A DNA stretch of 64,000 bases from an uncultured Planctomycetaceae bacterium (GTDB lineage Bacteria; Planctomycetota; Planctomycetia; Planctomycetales; Planctomycetaceae). Below are positions 1 to 9,828 of this stretch, one piece after another. The position numbers and the translations under genes were made by a program. Below the pieces are notes generated by a model, which worked only from the letters and a program-made list of their open reading frames with translations, was not told the DNA's origin and made no database searches. Location of the stretch: the NCBI GenBank assembly GCA_963813715.1, contig CAWFAK010000007.1, positions 576,001-640,000 on the forward strand, given 5' to 3'. The first letter of the stretch is position 1. Each line of letters opens with the position of its first letter.

Positions 1-513
1 CCGGTCGGGGCCGGAAATGGAGGCGGTCTCTTGCATCCGGTAGCGCGAGCTGCGGGCGCGGTGGACAATCTCCGGGTGGTCGGCTGACGGCGATTTGGGG
101 TCGACGACATCCAACGAGAGCGCCGTGTCGGACTCATTGATGTCCGGCTTGGGCTCCTTCTGCGGGAACGGCTCGCCCAGGTTGAAAGTGAAGCCCAGCT
201 CGTAGGGACCGATCTGGATCAGGTCGCCCGTCTCCAGCTCCCGCTCGCCGACGACGGGGCCGCCGTTCACGGTCGTGCCGTTGCGGCTGCCCAAGTCGCG
301 AACCACCCAGGTGCTGCCGTTGCGATACAGCTCGCAGTGATTGCGGCTGCACAGCTCGTCGCGCAGCACGATCCGGTTGGTGGTGGCCCGCCCGATCGTC
401 ATGACCTGTGTGGGAGACAGCCGAAAAATGTCGCGCCAGGAGTTTCCTTCCCGGACGACGAGGTACGCGTCGCGGGAATCGGGAGACTGAGGCACTGTCT
501 GCTCCGCTTCCAT
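1..513 (-). CDS. FHA-domain protein, N-terminal part (runs off the window start)
   Basis: Manual translation from ATG 513: MEAEQTVPQSPDSRDAYLVVREGNSWRDIFRLSPTQVMTIGRATTNRIVLRDELCSRNHCELYRNGSTWVVRDLGSRNGTTVNG. This has the FHA motifs GR, SRxH and GSxNGT. It is not in the ORF track because it is truncated. Confidence 0.85.
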   Translation of the reverse strand, partial: MEAEQTVPQSPDSRDAYLVVREGNSWRDIFRLSPTQVMTIGRATTNRIVLRDELCSRNHCELYRNGSTWVVRDLGSRNGTTVNGGPVVGERELETGDLIQIGPYELGFTFNLGEPFPQKEPKPDINESDTALSLDVVDPKSPSADHPEIVHRARSSRYRMQETASISGPDR

Positions 514-785
514 GGAAGCCAGAATAAACGACCTTCGCCGCAGCTGACAAGAACCGCCTTTTCGCCCCTCGTCGCGACGCGACGCACGTGGCGAGCCGAT
601 TCCTGCCGGCAATTGCATTGTAGGGCGCCCGCGACATTCCTCTGAATTTCCGGTGCAGGAGGCGTGCCGGCGTCTGCTTGCAGCCCTGCGTTTTGCCTGT
701 CATCCTAGATCGACACACGTGACGCACGCAGGATGGCCCCGCGTTTCTGTGTCTCGACAACTTGAGGTAGAAAGGGATCGATCCG

Positions 786-2048
786 ATGCGACAATCGCGC
801 CCCCTCGTCCGTTTGACCGGGCTGATCCTTGTCGCCGGCGGACTGGGCCTGGCAGTTCGCGCCGCCCGCGCCGACAACTGGCCCCGGTTCCGTGGGGACA
901 ACGGTTCGGCCGTCAGCAAGGAGGACGGGCTGAATGCGCCTTGGAATCCCGATCGCGTCCGCTGGACCGTTCCCGTGCCCGGCACTGGCCACTCCAGCCC
1001 GGTGATCTGGGGCAATAAGCTGTTTTTGACCACGGCCAGCGAAACCGGCACGGCGCGTTCCGTTCTCTGCTTCGACGCACAGACGGGCAAACAGCTCTGG
1101 ATCCGTTCGATCCAGCTCAATGCCAACCCCAAACATCCCAAGAGCAGTTGGGCGTCCGCGACTCCGGCCGTCGACGGAGAGCGCGTCTACGTCGCCTTCG
1201 CCGACGTGGAGCGCTACCTGCTCTCGGCCTACGACTTCGACGGCAATCAACTCTGGCAAGAAGACCTCGGTAAGTTCGAGAGCCAGCACGGGCAAGGCGC
1301 CTCGCCCATTCTGTTCGAGGACCTGGTGATCCTCGTCAACGATCAGGACGGCGACAGTTCGATCTTCGCCCGCGACAAGCGCACGGGGCACGCCGTCTGG
1401 ACTGCGCCGCGCAAGTCGGGCACGCAGTCGACGTCGTACGCGACCCCCTTCATCTACCAGCCCAAGCAAGGCCCGCCGCAGCTGATCTGCTCGAGCGCCT
1501 TCTCGGGTATCTCCGGACTCGACCTGAAAACGGGCAAAACGATCTGGACGACCGGGTCGACACCCCAGCGGACCGTCGGCTCGCCCGTCCTCTCCGGCGG
1601 CCTGGTGCTGCAGTGCTGCGGCGTCGGCGGCCAAGGCATGCTGATGGTGGCGGTCGACCCGAACGGGCACGGCGACGTCGCCGAGACTGGGATTCGCTAT
1701 AAGCGCACCAAGATGCTGCCCTACGTGCCGACGCCGCTGGCCTACCAGAATTACCTGTTCCTCTGGTGCGACCGCGGCACCGTCTGCTGCGTCGACCCCA
1801 CGACCGGCAAGGACCTCTGGATCAAGCGAATCGGCGGCGACTTCAGCGGTTCGCCGATCGGCGCCGGGGGCATGCTCTTCAACGTCGACGAGCAAGGCAA
1901 CGTCGTCGTGCTGGCGGCCGGCCCGCAGTACAAGCTGCTGGGCAAAATCCCCCTCGGAGAAGCGTCCGAATCGACGCCCGCCCTCGCCAACGGCCGACTC
2001 TACCTCCGCACTTACCATCATCTCACCTGCGTTGCGGCCCGTCCCTGA
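786..2048 (+). CDS. PQQ-binding-like beta-propeller repeat protein (BamB-like), secreted
   Basis: Signal peptide followed by DNWPRFRG, GHSSPVIWG, ASATPAVDG, SYATP and STPALANG repeats. Confidence 0.88.
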   Translation: MRQSRPLVRLTGLILVAGGLGLAVRAARADNWPRFRGDNGSAVSKEDGLNAPWNPDRVRWTVPVPGTGHSSPVIWGNKLFLTTASETGTARSVLCFDAQTGKQLWIRSIQLNANPKHPKSSWASATPAVDGERVYVAFADVERYLLSAYDFDGNQLWQEDLGKFESQHGQGASPILFEDLVILVNDQDGDSSIFARDKRTGHAVWTAPRKSGTQSTSYATPFIYQPKQGPPQLICSSAFSGISGLDLKTGKTIWTTGSTPQRTVGSPVLSGGLVLQCCGVGGQGMLMVAVDPNGHGDVAETGIRYKRTKMLPYVPTPLAYQNYLFLWCDRGTVCCVDPTTGKDLWIKRIGGDFSGSPIGAGGMLFNVDEQGNVVVLAAGPQYKLLGKIPLGEASESTPALANGRLYLRTYHHLTCVAARP

Positions 2049-2196
2049 TCCGGCCCTGCCGAGGCCGCCGCCGATGGCGGCCCTCCCCCACTTTCTTGGC
2101 CATTTTTTTGGGTTTTCGGCCCGAGTTGCCGCGCCAAACCGGTCCAACCGTGCTTTAAGATGGATTAAGCGCGGTGATCGAAATGGAGAGGGTCGT

Positions 2197-2255
2197 GGTC
2201 TAAAATGACCTCGGTCTCAACTGACCGGTCACGAATGACCCGGTCTAAAATGACC
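2197..2255. promoter_or_regulatory. Array of four GGTC-N6-GACC palindromic boxes (candidate operator array)
   Basis: GGTCTAAAATGACC (2197), GGTCTCAACTGACC (2213), GGTCACGAATGACC (2227), GGTCTAAAATGACC (2242). Confidence 0.55.
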
Positions 2256-2376
2256 TGCATCAGCGACCCACGCGATTCTTGCAATCAACGATGTGAACGG
2301 GCCGAGCCAGAATCCCCTGCGTCGAGGTTCTTTCCTTTGAGTTCCGAAGCACGTTTCTTTCTGGACGAGAAGAGTC

Positions 2377-2811
2377 ATGCCAGCTTGGCCCGGCGGCCCC
2401 TGTCCGACCTGCGGCGAAGACATGCCGTCAAACGTCGTTCATTGCCAGAACTGCCGCACCTTGCTGAATACCGATCTTGAGCCGGACAGCATTGAGATTC
2501 CCGAATTCATTCCGTTGCAGGAGATCGCCAGCATGGTCGAAGTCGAACTGAGCGGCTACTACGTCGCCTGTCCCCATTGCAAGCGCGAACTGCGTGTCGG
2601 CAGCAAATACGTCGATGAGAACGTGCAGTGCAAGTTCTGCGACTCGCAATTCACGATGGACTTCTCCAACCCGAAGCTCAAAATGGCCGCCTTCTTCGCC
2701 GAGTGTCCCCATTGCAAAGAGGAACTCCGCGCCGACCCCAAGTACCTGGGCATGAAGGTCGCCTGCAAGCGCTGCGGCGGCAAAATCCACTTCGTCGACC
2801 CTTCCGCTTAA
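2377..2811 (+). CDS. Small zinc-ribbon protein with six CxxC motifs
   Basis: CPTC/CQNC, CPHC/CKFC and CPHC/CKRC pairs; the last two ribbons are internal repeats. Confidence 0.8.
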   Translation: MPAWPGGPCPTCGEDMPSNVVHCQNCRTLLNTDLEPDSIEIPEFIPLQEIASMVEVELSGYYVACPHCKRELRVGSKYVDENVQCKFCDSQFTMDFSNPKLKMAAFFAECPHCKEELRADPKYLGMKVACKRCGGKIHFVDPSA

Positions 2812-2910
2812 CCTGTGGCCGGCGAGCCGCATCAAGTCACGCGGAACATCGCTCGCGAGCATTTTGCGGACACTGCAACGCGACGCCTGGGCCACTTGAT
2901 TCGACGCATT

Positions 2911-3342
2911 TCAGCGCGACGGTGGAACGACGCTCGAACGATTTGTCGCGGCCGCGGGGTCGTTGCTTTGACCGCCTGCGCTCGATAAGCTTTTGTCCGG
3001 CGAGGACGTCACTTCGCAGTCGGCGGTTCGCGTCATGTAGAGACGCCCGACCTCGTCGAACAAGAGGGCGACGTTGAGGTGCCACCGGCTTCCGTCTGGC
3101 CGGTTCCAGAGTTCGCAGTAATAGACTCGACGACTGATTCCGAAGCTTCCGTCGATGCCAGCTGCCGCCAGCTTTCGAAGGGCTTCTTCGCGTCGTGTCC
3201 CCTTCGGCACGACGGCGAGAATCTCCTTCTCCTGCTCCGAGTAGGTCAGCGGGCAAGAAACGATTCGCGAATTGAGTCCGGCGCACCCCACAACTACGAG
3301 AAGCGCCAGGGCGCAAACGCGATGAAGGAACGGCATTTGCAT
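2911..3342 (-). CDS. Hypothetical lipoprotein
   Basis: Probable start at MQMPFLHRVCALALLVVVGC, ending in a lipobox-like VVGC. Confidence 0.65.
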   Translation of the reverse strand: MQMPFLHRVCALALLVVVGCAGLNSRIVSCPLTYSEQEKEILAVVPKGTRREEALRKLAAAGIDGSFGISRRVYYCELWNRPDGSRWHLNVALLFDEVGRLYMTRTADCEVTSSPDKSLSSAGGQSNDPAAATNRSSVVPPSR

Positions 3343-3742
3343 TGCAGTTGCCAAAATAGGACCCGAACGCAGTCGGCTTCTTGAGCCATTGCGCTCGCGC
3401 ACTCGCCACAAAGCTTCGGTTTGGCTGGGGTAACGGCGACCAGGGATGGGTTGCCGCAAGTGATTCGCGGCTTGGGTCGCAGAAGTGCGCTGCTTCTACC
3501 GGCCCGAGGCGATTCCGTCAACGTGGTTAACGTTTGCTCCCCCGAATGATTCGGGGTGTTGTTGCTGAGCCGCTTGGGCTCAGTGCTCTCACAAACTACC
3601 CAATCATTACGGTCGCAGTTACATTGTCTAACCTCTCCGCGGGGAGGTTGGGCCGTTCTCACTCTCTTAGAGGAGAGACTGACCGTGTTTTGGCAGCGTG
3701 ACCGGATGCACCTGGGATTCAATGCTGGAGAGTGGACTTCCG

Positions 3743-5002
3743 ATGAAAGCGATTTGCAGGGACGTGGTGGTCAGTGGGTTGGGGGCCGTGTCCCCCTTCG
3801 GGGCGGGGATTTTCGCCCTCTGGGATAATGTGTGCCGCGGGAAAAGCGCGGTTGATTGGATCGACTGTCTTGGCGAACTCGATCCGCACCTCTATCCCGT
3901 TCGTTATGCGGCTGAGGTCAAAGGATTCGCAGTCGCCGATCATCTCAAGAATCACTGCCCTGGCCGTCTGGGGAAAACAGCGAAGATGGGTCTGGTCGCG
4001 GCCCGCGAAGCGCTGCAACAGGCTCAACTGCTCGACGAGAACGAGCACGTCTCCAGCTCCGACTCCCGCGTCTCGGTGATCGTCGGCAGCGGACACGGGC
4101 CGTGCCACGAGACCGAGGGGGGCTACGAAGCCTATTTTTTGCGTGGCCCGCAGGCAATCCGGCCGACGACCCTCCCCACGTGCATGTTCAACTCGCTCTC
4201 GAGCAATGTCTCGATTCACTTCGGTTTGACGGGATCGAACCACGTCATCGCCTCAGCCTGCTCGTCGGCATCGACGGCCATTGGCCTGGCATTGATGATG
4301 GTGCGGCACGGCTACGCGGACATTGTGCTCTGCGGCGGAGCCGACGCCCCGCTTACGACTCCCCTGTTTTCCGGCTGGACCAAGCTCGGGGTCCTGGCCG
4401 AGCACGAAGATCCGACCCGCGCCTCGCGACCCTTCGATCAGCAGCGGAACGGACTGGTGCTCGGCGAAGGGGCGGCCATGGCTGTCATCGAATCGCGTGA
4501 AAATGCCGAGCGCCGCGGCGTGGAGCCGTTGGCCGTCGTCTCGGGCTACGGCACCGCCAGCGACGCTCAACACCTGACGACTCCCACCGTCGAGGGCCAA
4601 ATCCGCGCGATGCGGGCCTGCCTCCGCGATGCCGAGATCGAGTCCGATCGCATCGATTATCTCAACATGCACGGCACAGCCACCCGTGCCAACGATGAGA
4701 CGGAAGCCCGGGCCGTCGCCGAAGTCTTCGGACCGCGGGGCTCGAGCATGCCGGCCAGCTCCACAAAGTCGACCCTCGGTCACCCGCTGGGGGCCAGCGG
4801 AGCGATGGAGTTCGCGATCTGCATCCAGGCGCTGCGTCACCAGTTCGTCCCCCCTACGATGAACTGCGACGATCCCGATCCGTCGGTCGGCCTGGATTAC
4901 GTCGCCCACGAAGGACGGCCGCATCGCGTGCGCTATGCCATGTCCAACTCGTTCGCCTTCGGGGGAAACAACGCGTCGCTCCTGGTGAGCGCGTGTAACT
5001 AA
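3743..5002 (+). CDS. fabF: Beta-ketoacyl-ACP synthase II family protein
   Basis: VVVSGLGAVSP N-terminus; catalytic Cys (SACSS), His (MHGTAT) and His (KSTLGH); SRPFD; SNSFAFGG. Confidence 0.9.
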   Translation: MKAICRDVVVSGLGAVSPFGAGIFALWDNVCRGKSAVDWIDCLGELDPHLYPVRYAAEVKGFAVADHLKNHCPGRLGKTAKMGLVAAREALQQAQLLDENEHVSSSDSRVSVIVGSGHGPCHETEGGYEAYFLRGPQAIRPTTLPTCMFNSLSSNVSIHFGLTGSNHVIASACSSASTAIGLALMMVRHGYADIVLCGGADAPLTTPLFSGWTKLGVLAEHEDPTRASRPFDQQRNGLVLGEGAAMAVIESRENAERRGVEPLAVVSGYGTASDAQHLTTPTVEGQIRAMRACLRDAEIESDRIDYLNMHGTATRANDETEARAVAEVFGPRGSSMPASSTKSTLGHPLGASGAMEFAICIQALRHQFVPPTMNCDDPDPSVGLDYVAHEGRPHRVRYAMSNSFAFGGNNASLLVSACN

Positions 5003-5063
5003 GTGGCCCGCGGTTGGGCAAGGGGTAACAAATCGGCAGTTGCGACCGTCAGAACTGGCGCGC

Positions 5064-6108
<1,045 letters not shown>

Positions 6109-6162
6109 GAAATCGAGGTCCGAAGCGGGCCGTGAAACCGAATCAGGCGGCCGACCCGGTAT

Positions 6163-6531
6163 CTAGGCGGCCGAGGCTTTGGCGACGGCTTGCTTGGCGA
6201 TCTCGACGATTTCGCCGAAGACCTCCGGCTCGTGAATCGCCAGCTCGCTGAGCGTTTTGCGATTGAGCTCGATGCCGGCCAGGATCACGCCGCGCATGAA
6301 AGTCGAATAGTTGATTCCGTACGGGCCGACGGCCGCGGACAAACGCGTGATCCACAGTGCGCGATATTCGCGCTTCTTCAGGCGGCGGTGCGCCCACGCG
6401 AAGGCGCGGGCACGGAGCACCGTTTCCTTCATGCTGCGCAGGAGCTTCCGCCGGCCGAGGAAATTACCGCGAGCCTCTTTAAACAGACGTTTCTTGGAGC
6501 GGTGCCGCGCTTTGCCTGCTTTGACTCTCAT
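6163..6531 (-). CDS. rplT: 50S ribosomal protein L20
   Basis: [24 protein letters not shown] and [10 protein letters not shown] motifs; position after rpmI. Confidence 0.97.
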   Translation of the reverse strand: MRVKAGKARHRSKKRLFKEARGNFLGRRKLLRSMKETVLRARAFAWAHRRLKKREYRALWITRLSAAVGPYGINYSTFMRGVILAGIELNRKTLSELAIHEPEVFGEIVEIAKQAVAKASAA

Positions 6532-6577
6532 GGCCTGACTTCAATCAATCCGTGGACCCGAATTTCCAAAAACGCCG

Positions 6578-6778
6578 TTATGGCGACGGTTGCAAAGCGT
6601 AGCGGATCATGGCGATCTGTTTGCCTTCGACCATGCGGTCGGCCCGCGCCTGGCGGTTGCGCTTGCCCCCCTTCTTGGCCAGCTTGTGGCCGCGAGAGGC
6701 TTTGCGGTGCTTCACCTTGCCGGTGGCGGTCAGCTTGAACCGCTTGCGAATTCCCTTGTGCGTTTTTTGCTTGGGCAT
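6578..6778 (-). CDS. rpmI: 50S ribosomal protein L35
   Basis: MPKQKTHKGIRKRFKLTATGKVKH. Confidence 0.97.
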   Translation of the reverse strand: MPKQKTHKGIRKRFKLTATGKVKHRKASRGHKLAKKGGKRNRQARADRMVEGKQIAMIRYALQPSP

Positions 6779-6897
6779 GGCCACCGATCCGATCTTGCCA
6801 CTGATCCAACTATCTTGAGCCGGCAGAAGGTCTTCCGACGATTGACACGCCTGACGGCGCGCTTCGCCCAACGGCCTCCCCGCGGCGGGAATCGCGG

Positions 6898-6926
6898 ATT
6901 ATAGCGACCGCCCCCCAAGGGTTACC
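6898..6926 (-). promoter_or_regulatory. Candidate sigma70 promoter for rpmI-rplT-pheS
   Basis: Perfect TATAAT on the minus strand at 6903-6898; the -35 match is weak. Confidence 0.45.
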
Positions 6927-6993
6927 ACCGAACCTCGGCAAAAATCCGGGCATTCAACGCCGAAGCGAAACCCGCGGCCACCCAGTCGATCCG

Positions 6994-7531
6994 ATCCCGT
7001 CCGGTGTCCCGTCCCAGGCCCGGTGGCAGTGTCCCGTCATTGTGTCCCGTCCCGATCTTTCACCCTCTCCCAGTCCGCTGGGAGAGGGCCGGGGTGAGGG
7101 CGAATTTTACCAGATCAATTCCGTCCCGATATTCCAGTCCCGTTCCGTGTCCCGTCCGATGCGGACAAAATTGTCCCGTCCCATCCTGCAGTGGTTCAGG
7201 CTCTGCCATGCCGTCCGGCATTCGGTTCCACAGTGGAGCCCGCATCACGTTTGAGTCCCCAACGGCTCCCGGTCTCGCAACTTGTCCCGTCCCACCCATC
7301 CCGCGCCATAACCCATTAGCCCAGCGCCGTTTAACATGGGACAAGTTGGCGTAGAGCAATTTGTCCCAATCGAGTCCCGTCCCGCACTCTCGTTGCTTAT
7401 TCACATGTCCCATCATTGCCGCTGTTCGGTCCGGTGCCGGCGGTAGGCAAAGCCCCGTTACGGCGGGCATCGCCGTTCATCCTCAATCGATCCCGATTCC
7501 CAATCGTGTCCCCGTCCCAATCAATCCCGTC
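6994..7531. repeat. Dispersed cluster of TGTCCCGTCCC-like direct repeats
   Basis: Exact copies at 7005, 7043, 7172 and 7283. Variants at 7030, 7136, 7148, 7361, 7373, 7406 and 7507. Confidence 0.8.
7063..7100. repeat. REP-like hairpin CCCTCTCCC-N8-GGGAGAGGG-CCGGGGTGAGGG
   Basis: 9-bp perfect stem followed by a GGGGTGAGGG tail. Confidence 0.7.
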
Positions 7532-7759
7532 ACGGTCCACAGAGTCTCGATCCGACGGGCTCCGGACTGCAGACGCGAGCGGAGAGAGCCTCGGGCGGCT
7601 TCCGGCCTTCAGCAGATGGGCGCGCAAGCTGAGCGCAGACGGCTGTCGCAATCCTTCATTCTACCCGAGCCTGGCCGCGATCCGATCCGATGAATCGGCC
7701 CCGCGTAGAAACAACACGCCGGATTTTTTTAGGGCGCGGCGCCGGCGGCCGGTTCGCGG

Positions 7760-8266
7760 TTACTTCGGCGTGAGCACGCAGGACATCGAGCGGCCGGAGT
7801 CCATGCGGGGCATGGCCTCCACCTTCGAGATGTCTTCCAGGGCCGAGATCACTTGGGTGAGGATCTCGCGGCCCTTTTCGTGGTGCGCGTTTTCGCGGCC
7901 GCGGAAGAGCACGTTGACCTTCACCTTGTCGCCGCCTTCCAGGAAGGTCCGGGCCTGCTTCACTTTGAAGCCGATGTCGTGCTCGCCCGTCTTGGGTCTC
8001 AGCCGAATCTCTTTGAGCTGTTGCTGATGCTGTTTGGCGCTTTTCGTCTGTTTGCGCTTCTGCTCGTACTTGAACTTGCCGAAGTCCATGATTTTGCAGA
8101 CGGGGGGCCGAACGTTGGGAGCAACCTCGACCAGGTCCAGCCCCGCTTCGACGGCCATTTTTTGCGCTTCGGCCGTGGCTAAAATGCCCAGCACTTCGCC
8201 GGCGGCGCCGACGACGCGGACCGGAGAAATGCGAATCTGTTCGTTCACGCGATGCGAGTTTTCGAT
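7760..8266 (-). CDS. infC: Translation initiation factor IF-3 (probable non-AUG start)
   Basis: [36 protein letters not shown] and FRGRE motifs. SD-like AGAGGA lies 8 nt before an in-frame ATC. Confidence 0.95.
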   Translation of the reverse strand: MENSHRVNEQIRISPVRVVGAAGEVLGILATAEAQKMAVEAGLDLVEVAPNVRPPVCKIMDFGKFKYEQKRKQTKSAKQHQQQLKEIRLRPKTGEHDIGFKVKQARTFLEGGDKVKVNVLFRGRENAHHEKGREILTQVISALEDISKVEAMPRMDSGRSMSCVLTPK

Positions 8267-8462
8267 CGTTTCAATCCTCTGGATGACTGGGGAAAGTGAC
8301 GGCGGCAGGTGACGAAGCGGCTCCAATGCGAACTGCGTGCCAGCGTTCGCATGAATCCGCAGCGCCCAACCGCGTCGGAAGAACGGCGTAAACCCACTTC
8401 TACCGCCCCTTTGCACCGCAGTCAAGAACGTCAGACCGGCCGCAATTCGAGGCGATGAAGAG

Positions 8463-8512
8463 CCCTTGCTGACGCTTCGGGTTGGTATCTCGCACCTGTT
8501 AACCCAAAGCGT
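8463..8512. repeat. REP-like element, family B (degenerate inverted doublet)
   Basis: CCCTTGCTGACGCTTCGGGTTGGT followed by AACCCAAAGCGT; related to 61935-61994. Confidence 0.65.
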
Positions 8513-8565
8513 ACACCAGAGCAGTACGCGTACGCGTGGCCGATTCGACAACCGCACGCCAACGA

Positions 8566-9756
8566 TCACGAGCGATTTCGGGCTGGCGGCGCGTTGGCGG
8601 TCGGTTTACCTGCCGTCCGGGGTGCCGGTCGGGCGGCGGGAGTCGCCACGGCGGGAGCAGCCGCCGCTGGTGCGGGCGCTACCGCAGGCGCGGGAGGCGG
8701 AGCGGCGGCGGCCTGCGCGGCTTTGAGCTGGGCCTCGATCAGGTCGTCCGTGCGGGCGATCGACGAGGCGATCTGAACCGCCTTGTGCCCCTTGAGCAAT
8801 CCGGCCGAGCCGCGAAAGAGCGGACGGCCTTCGATGTAGACCTCGAGCGGCTGTTCGCGTCCCTTCTCGGTCATGATCACGTCGCCCACCGAGAGGCCCA
8901 TGATCTCCTGGGCGGAGAGCCGCGTGTCGGCCAGGCCGACCACCATCTTCACCTTCCCCTTGCCGACGCCCGTTTGCAGGTTGAGCTTCTGCCGCGCGTC
9001 GACCGTCCGCTTGGTGTAGGCCGACCACGTATCGGACGACAGGTTGCCCATCAGGGGCTCGATGGTGTTGAACGGAATGCACAGGTTCATGATTCCGCGA
9101 ATTTCGCCCATCGTGATCTCGAAGCTGATCAGCACGATGACTTCGTTGGGGGGCACGATCTGCACGAGCTGGGGATTCGACTCGACCTGCGTCACCTGCA
9201 GCTTGAGTTCGCAGACGCTGGCCCAGGTCTTTTCCAAACCCTCGATCGCTCGCTCGATGATCCGCTCGATCAGCCGCAGCTCGATCTCCGTCAGCGGGCG
9301 GCTGGGGATCGAATACTTGGCCGCCTTGCCGCCGCCCAGCAACCGGTCGACGATCGGAAAGATGATCGACGGCGTGAGGTCGAGGATCATGTGACCGTCG
9401 AGCCCTTCGGCTCGCATCACGTTGAAGCAGGTCATGTTCTCCAGGCTGAAGACGAATTCGCCGTAGGTCAGCTGGTCGACGCTCGACAGCTTCACTTCGA
9501 CGATCGTGCGAAGCATGCCGCTCAACACGGCGCCGAACTCGCGGCTGAAGCCGTCGTGCATGGCCTGGAAGGCGCGCATCTGCTCTTTGCTGACGCGCTC
9601 GGGCCGCTTGAAGTCGTAGACGCTGACCTGGCCGCCGTAGGAATCGGCCCGGCCCGACGTGGTATTGCCGCCCGAATCGACCTTCTGGGGGCCAGACCCA
9701 GTGTCGAGCGCCGCCAAGAGCGATTCGACTTCCGACTGGCTGAGAATGTCCGCCAT
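8566..9756 (-). CDS. fliM: Flagellar motor switch protein FliM
   Basis: N-terminal [41 protein letters not shown] and a SpoA-like C-terminal domain. Confidence 0.95.
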   Translation of the reverse strand: MADILSQSEVESLLAALDTGSGPQKVDSGGNTTSGRADSYGGQVSVYDFKRPERVSKEQMRAFQAMHDGFSREFGAVLSGMLRTIVEVKLSSVDQLTYGEFVFSLENMTCFNVMRAEGLDGHMILDLTPSIIFPIVDRLLGGGKAAKYSIPSRPLTEIELRLIERIIERAIEGLEKTWASVCELKLQVTQVESNPQLVQIVPPNEVIVLISFEITMGEIRGIMNLCIPFNTIEPLMGNLSSDTWSAYTKRTVDARQKLNLQTGVGKGKVKMVVGLADTRLSAQEIMGLSVGDVIMTEKGREQPLEVYIEGRPLFRGSAGLLKGHKAVQIASSIARTDDLIEAQLKAAQAAAAPPPAPAVAPAPAAAAPAVATPAARPAPRTAGKPTANAPPARNRS

Positions 9757-9795
9757 CCGTGGCCTCCTGAGTGGCTGGCACTTGCTCAAGCACCT

Positions 9796-9824
9796 CACTG
9801 ACGGACAAGCCGCCAGTGCCACCC
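9796..9824. repeat. REP-like element, family A (single copy)
   Basis: CACTGACGGACAAGCCGCCAGTGCCACCC. Confidence 0.75.
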
Positions 9825-9828
9825 AACT

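Noticed and set aside
7161..7172. GCGGACAAAAT resembling part of a Tn7 end
   Set aside because: A single short match, with no terminal TGT..ACA structure or tns genes.
6994..7531. Repeat field as a CRISPR array
   Set aside because: The repeats are only about 11 bp, the spacing is irregular, and no cas genes are present.
7004..7693. Short ORFs over the repeat field (CPVP- or GTG-rich peptides)
   Set aside because: Their composition simply reflects the DNA motif; they have no convincing SD, domain or host-like codon pattern.
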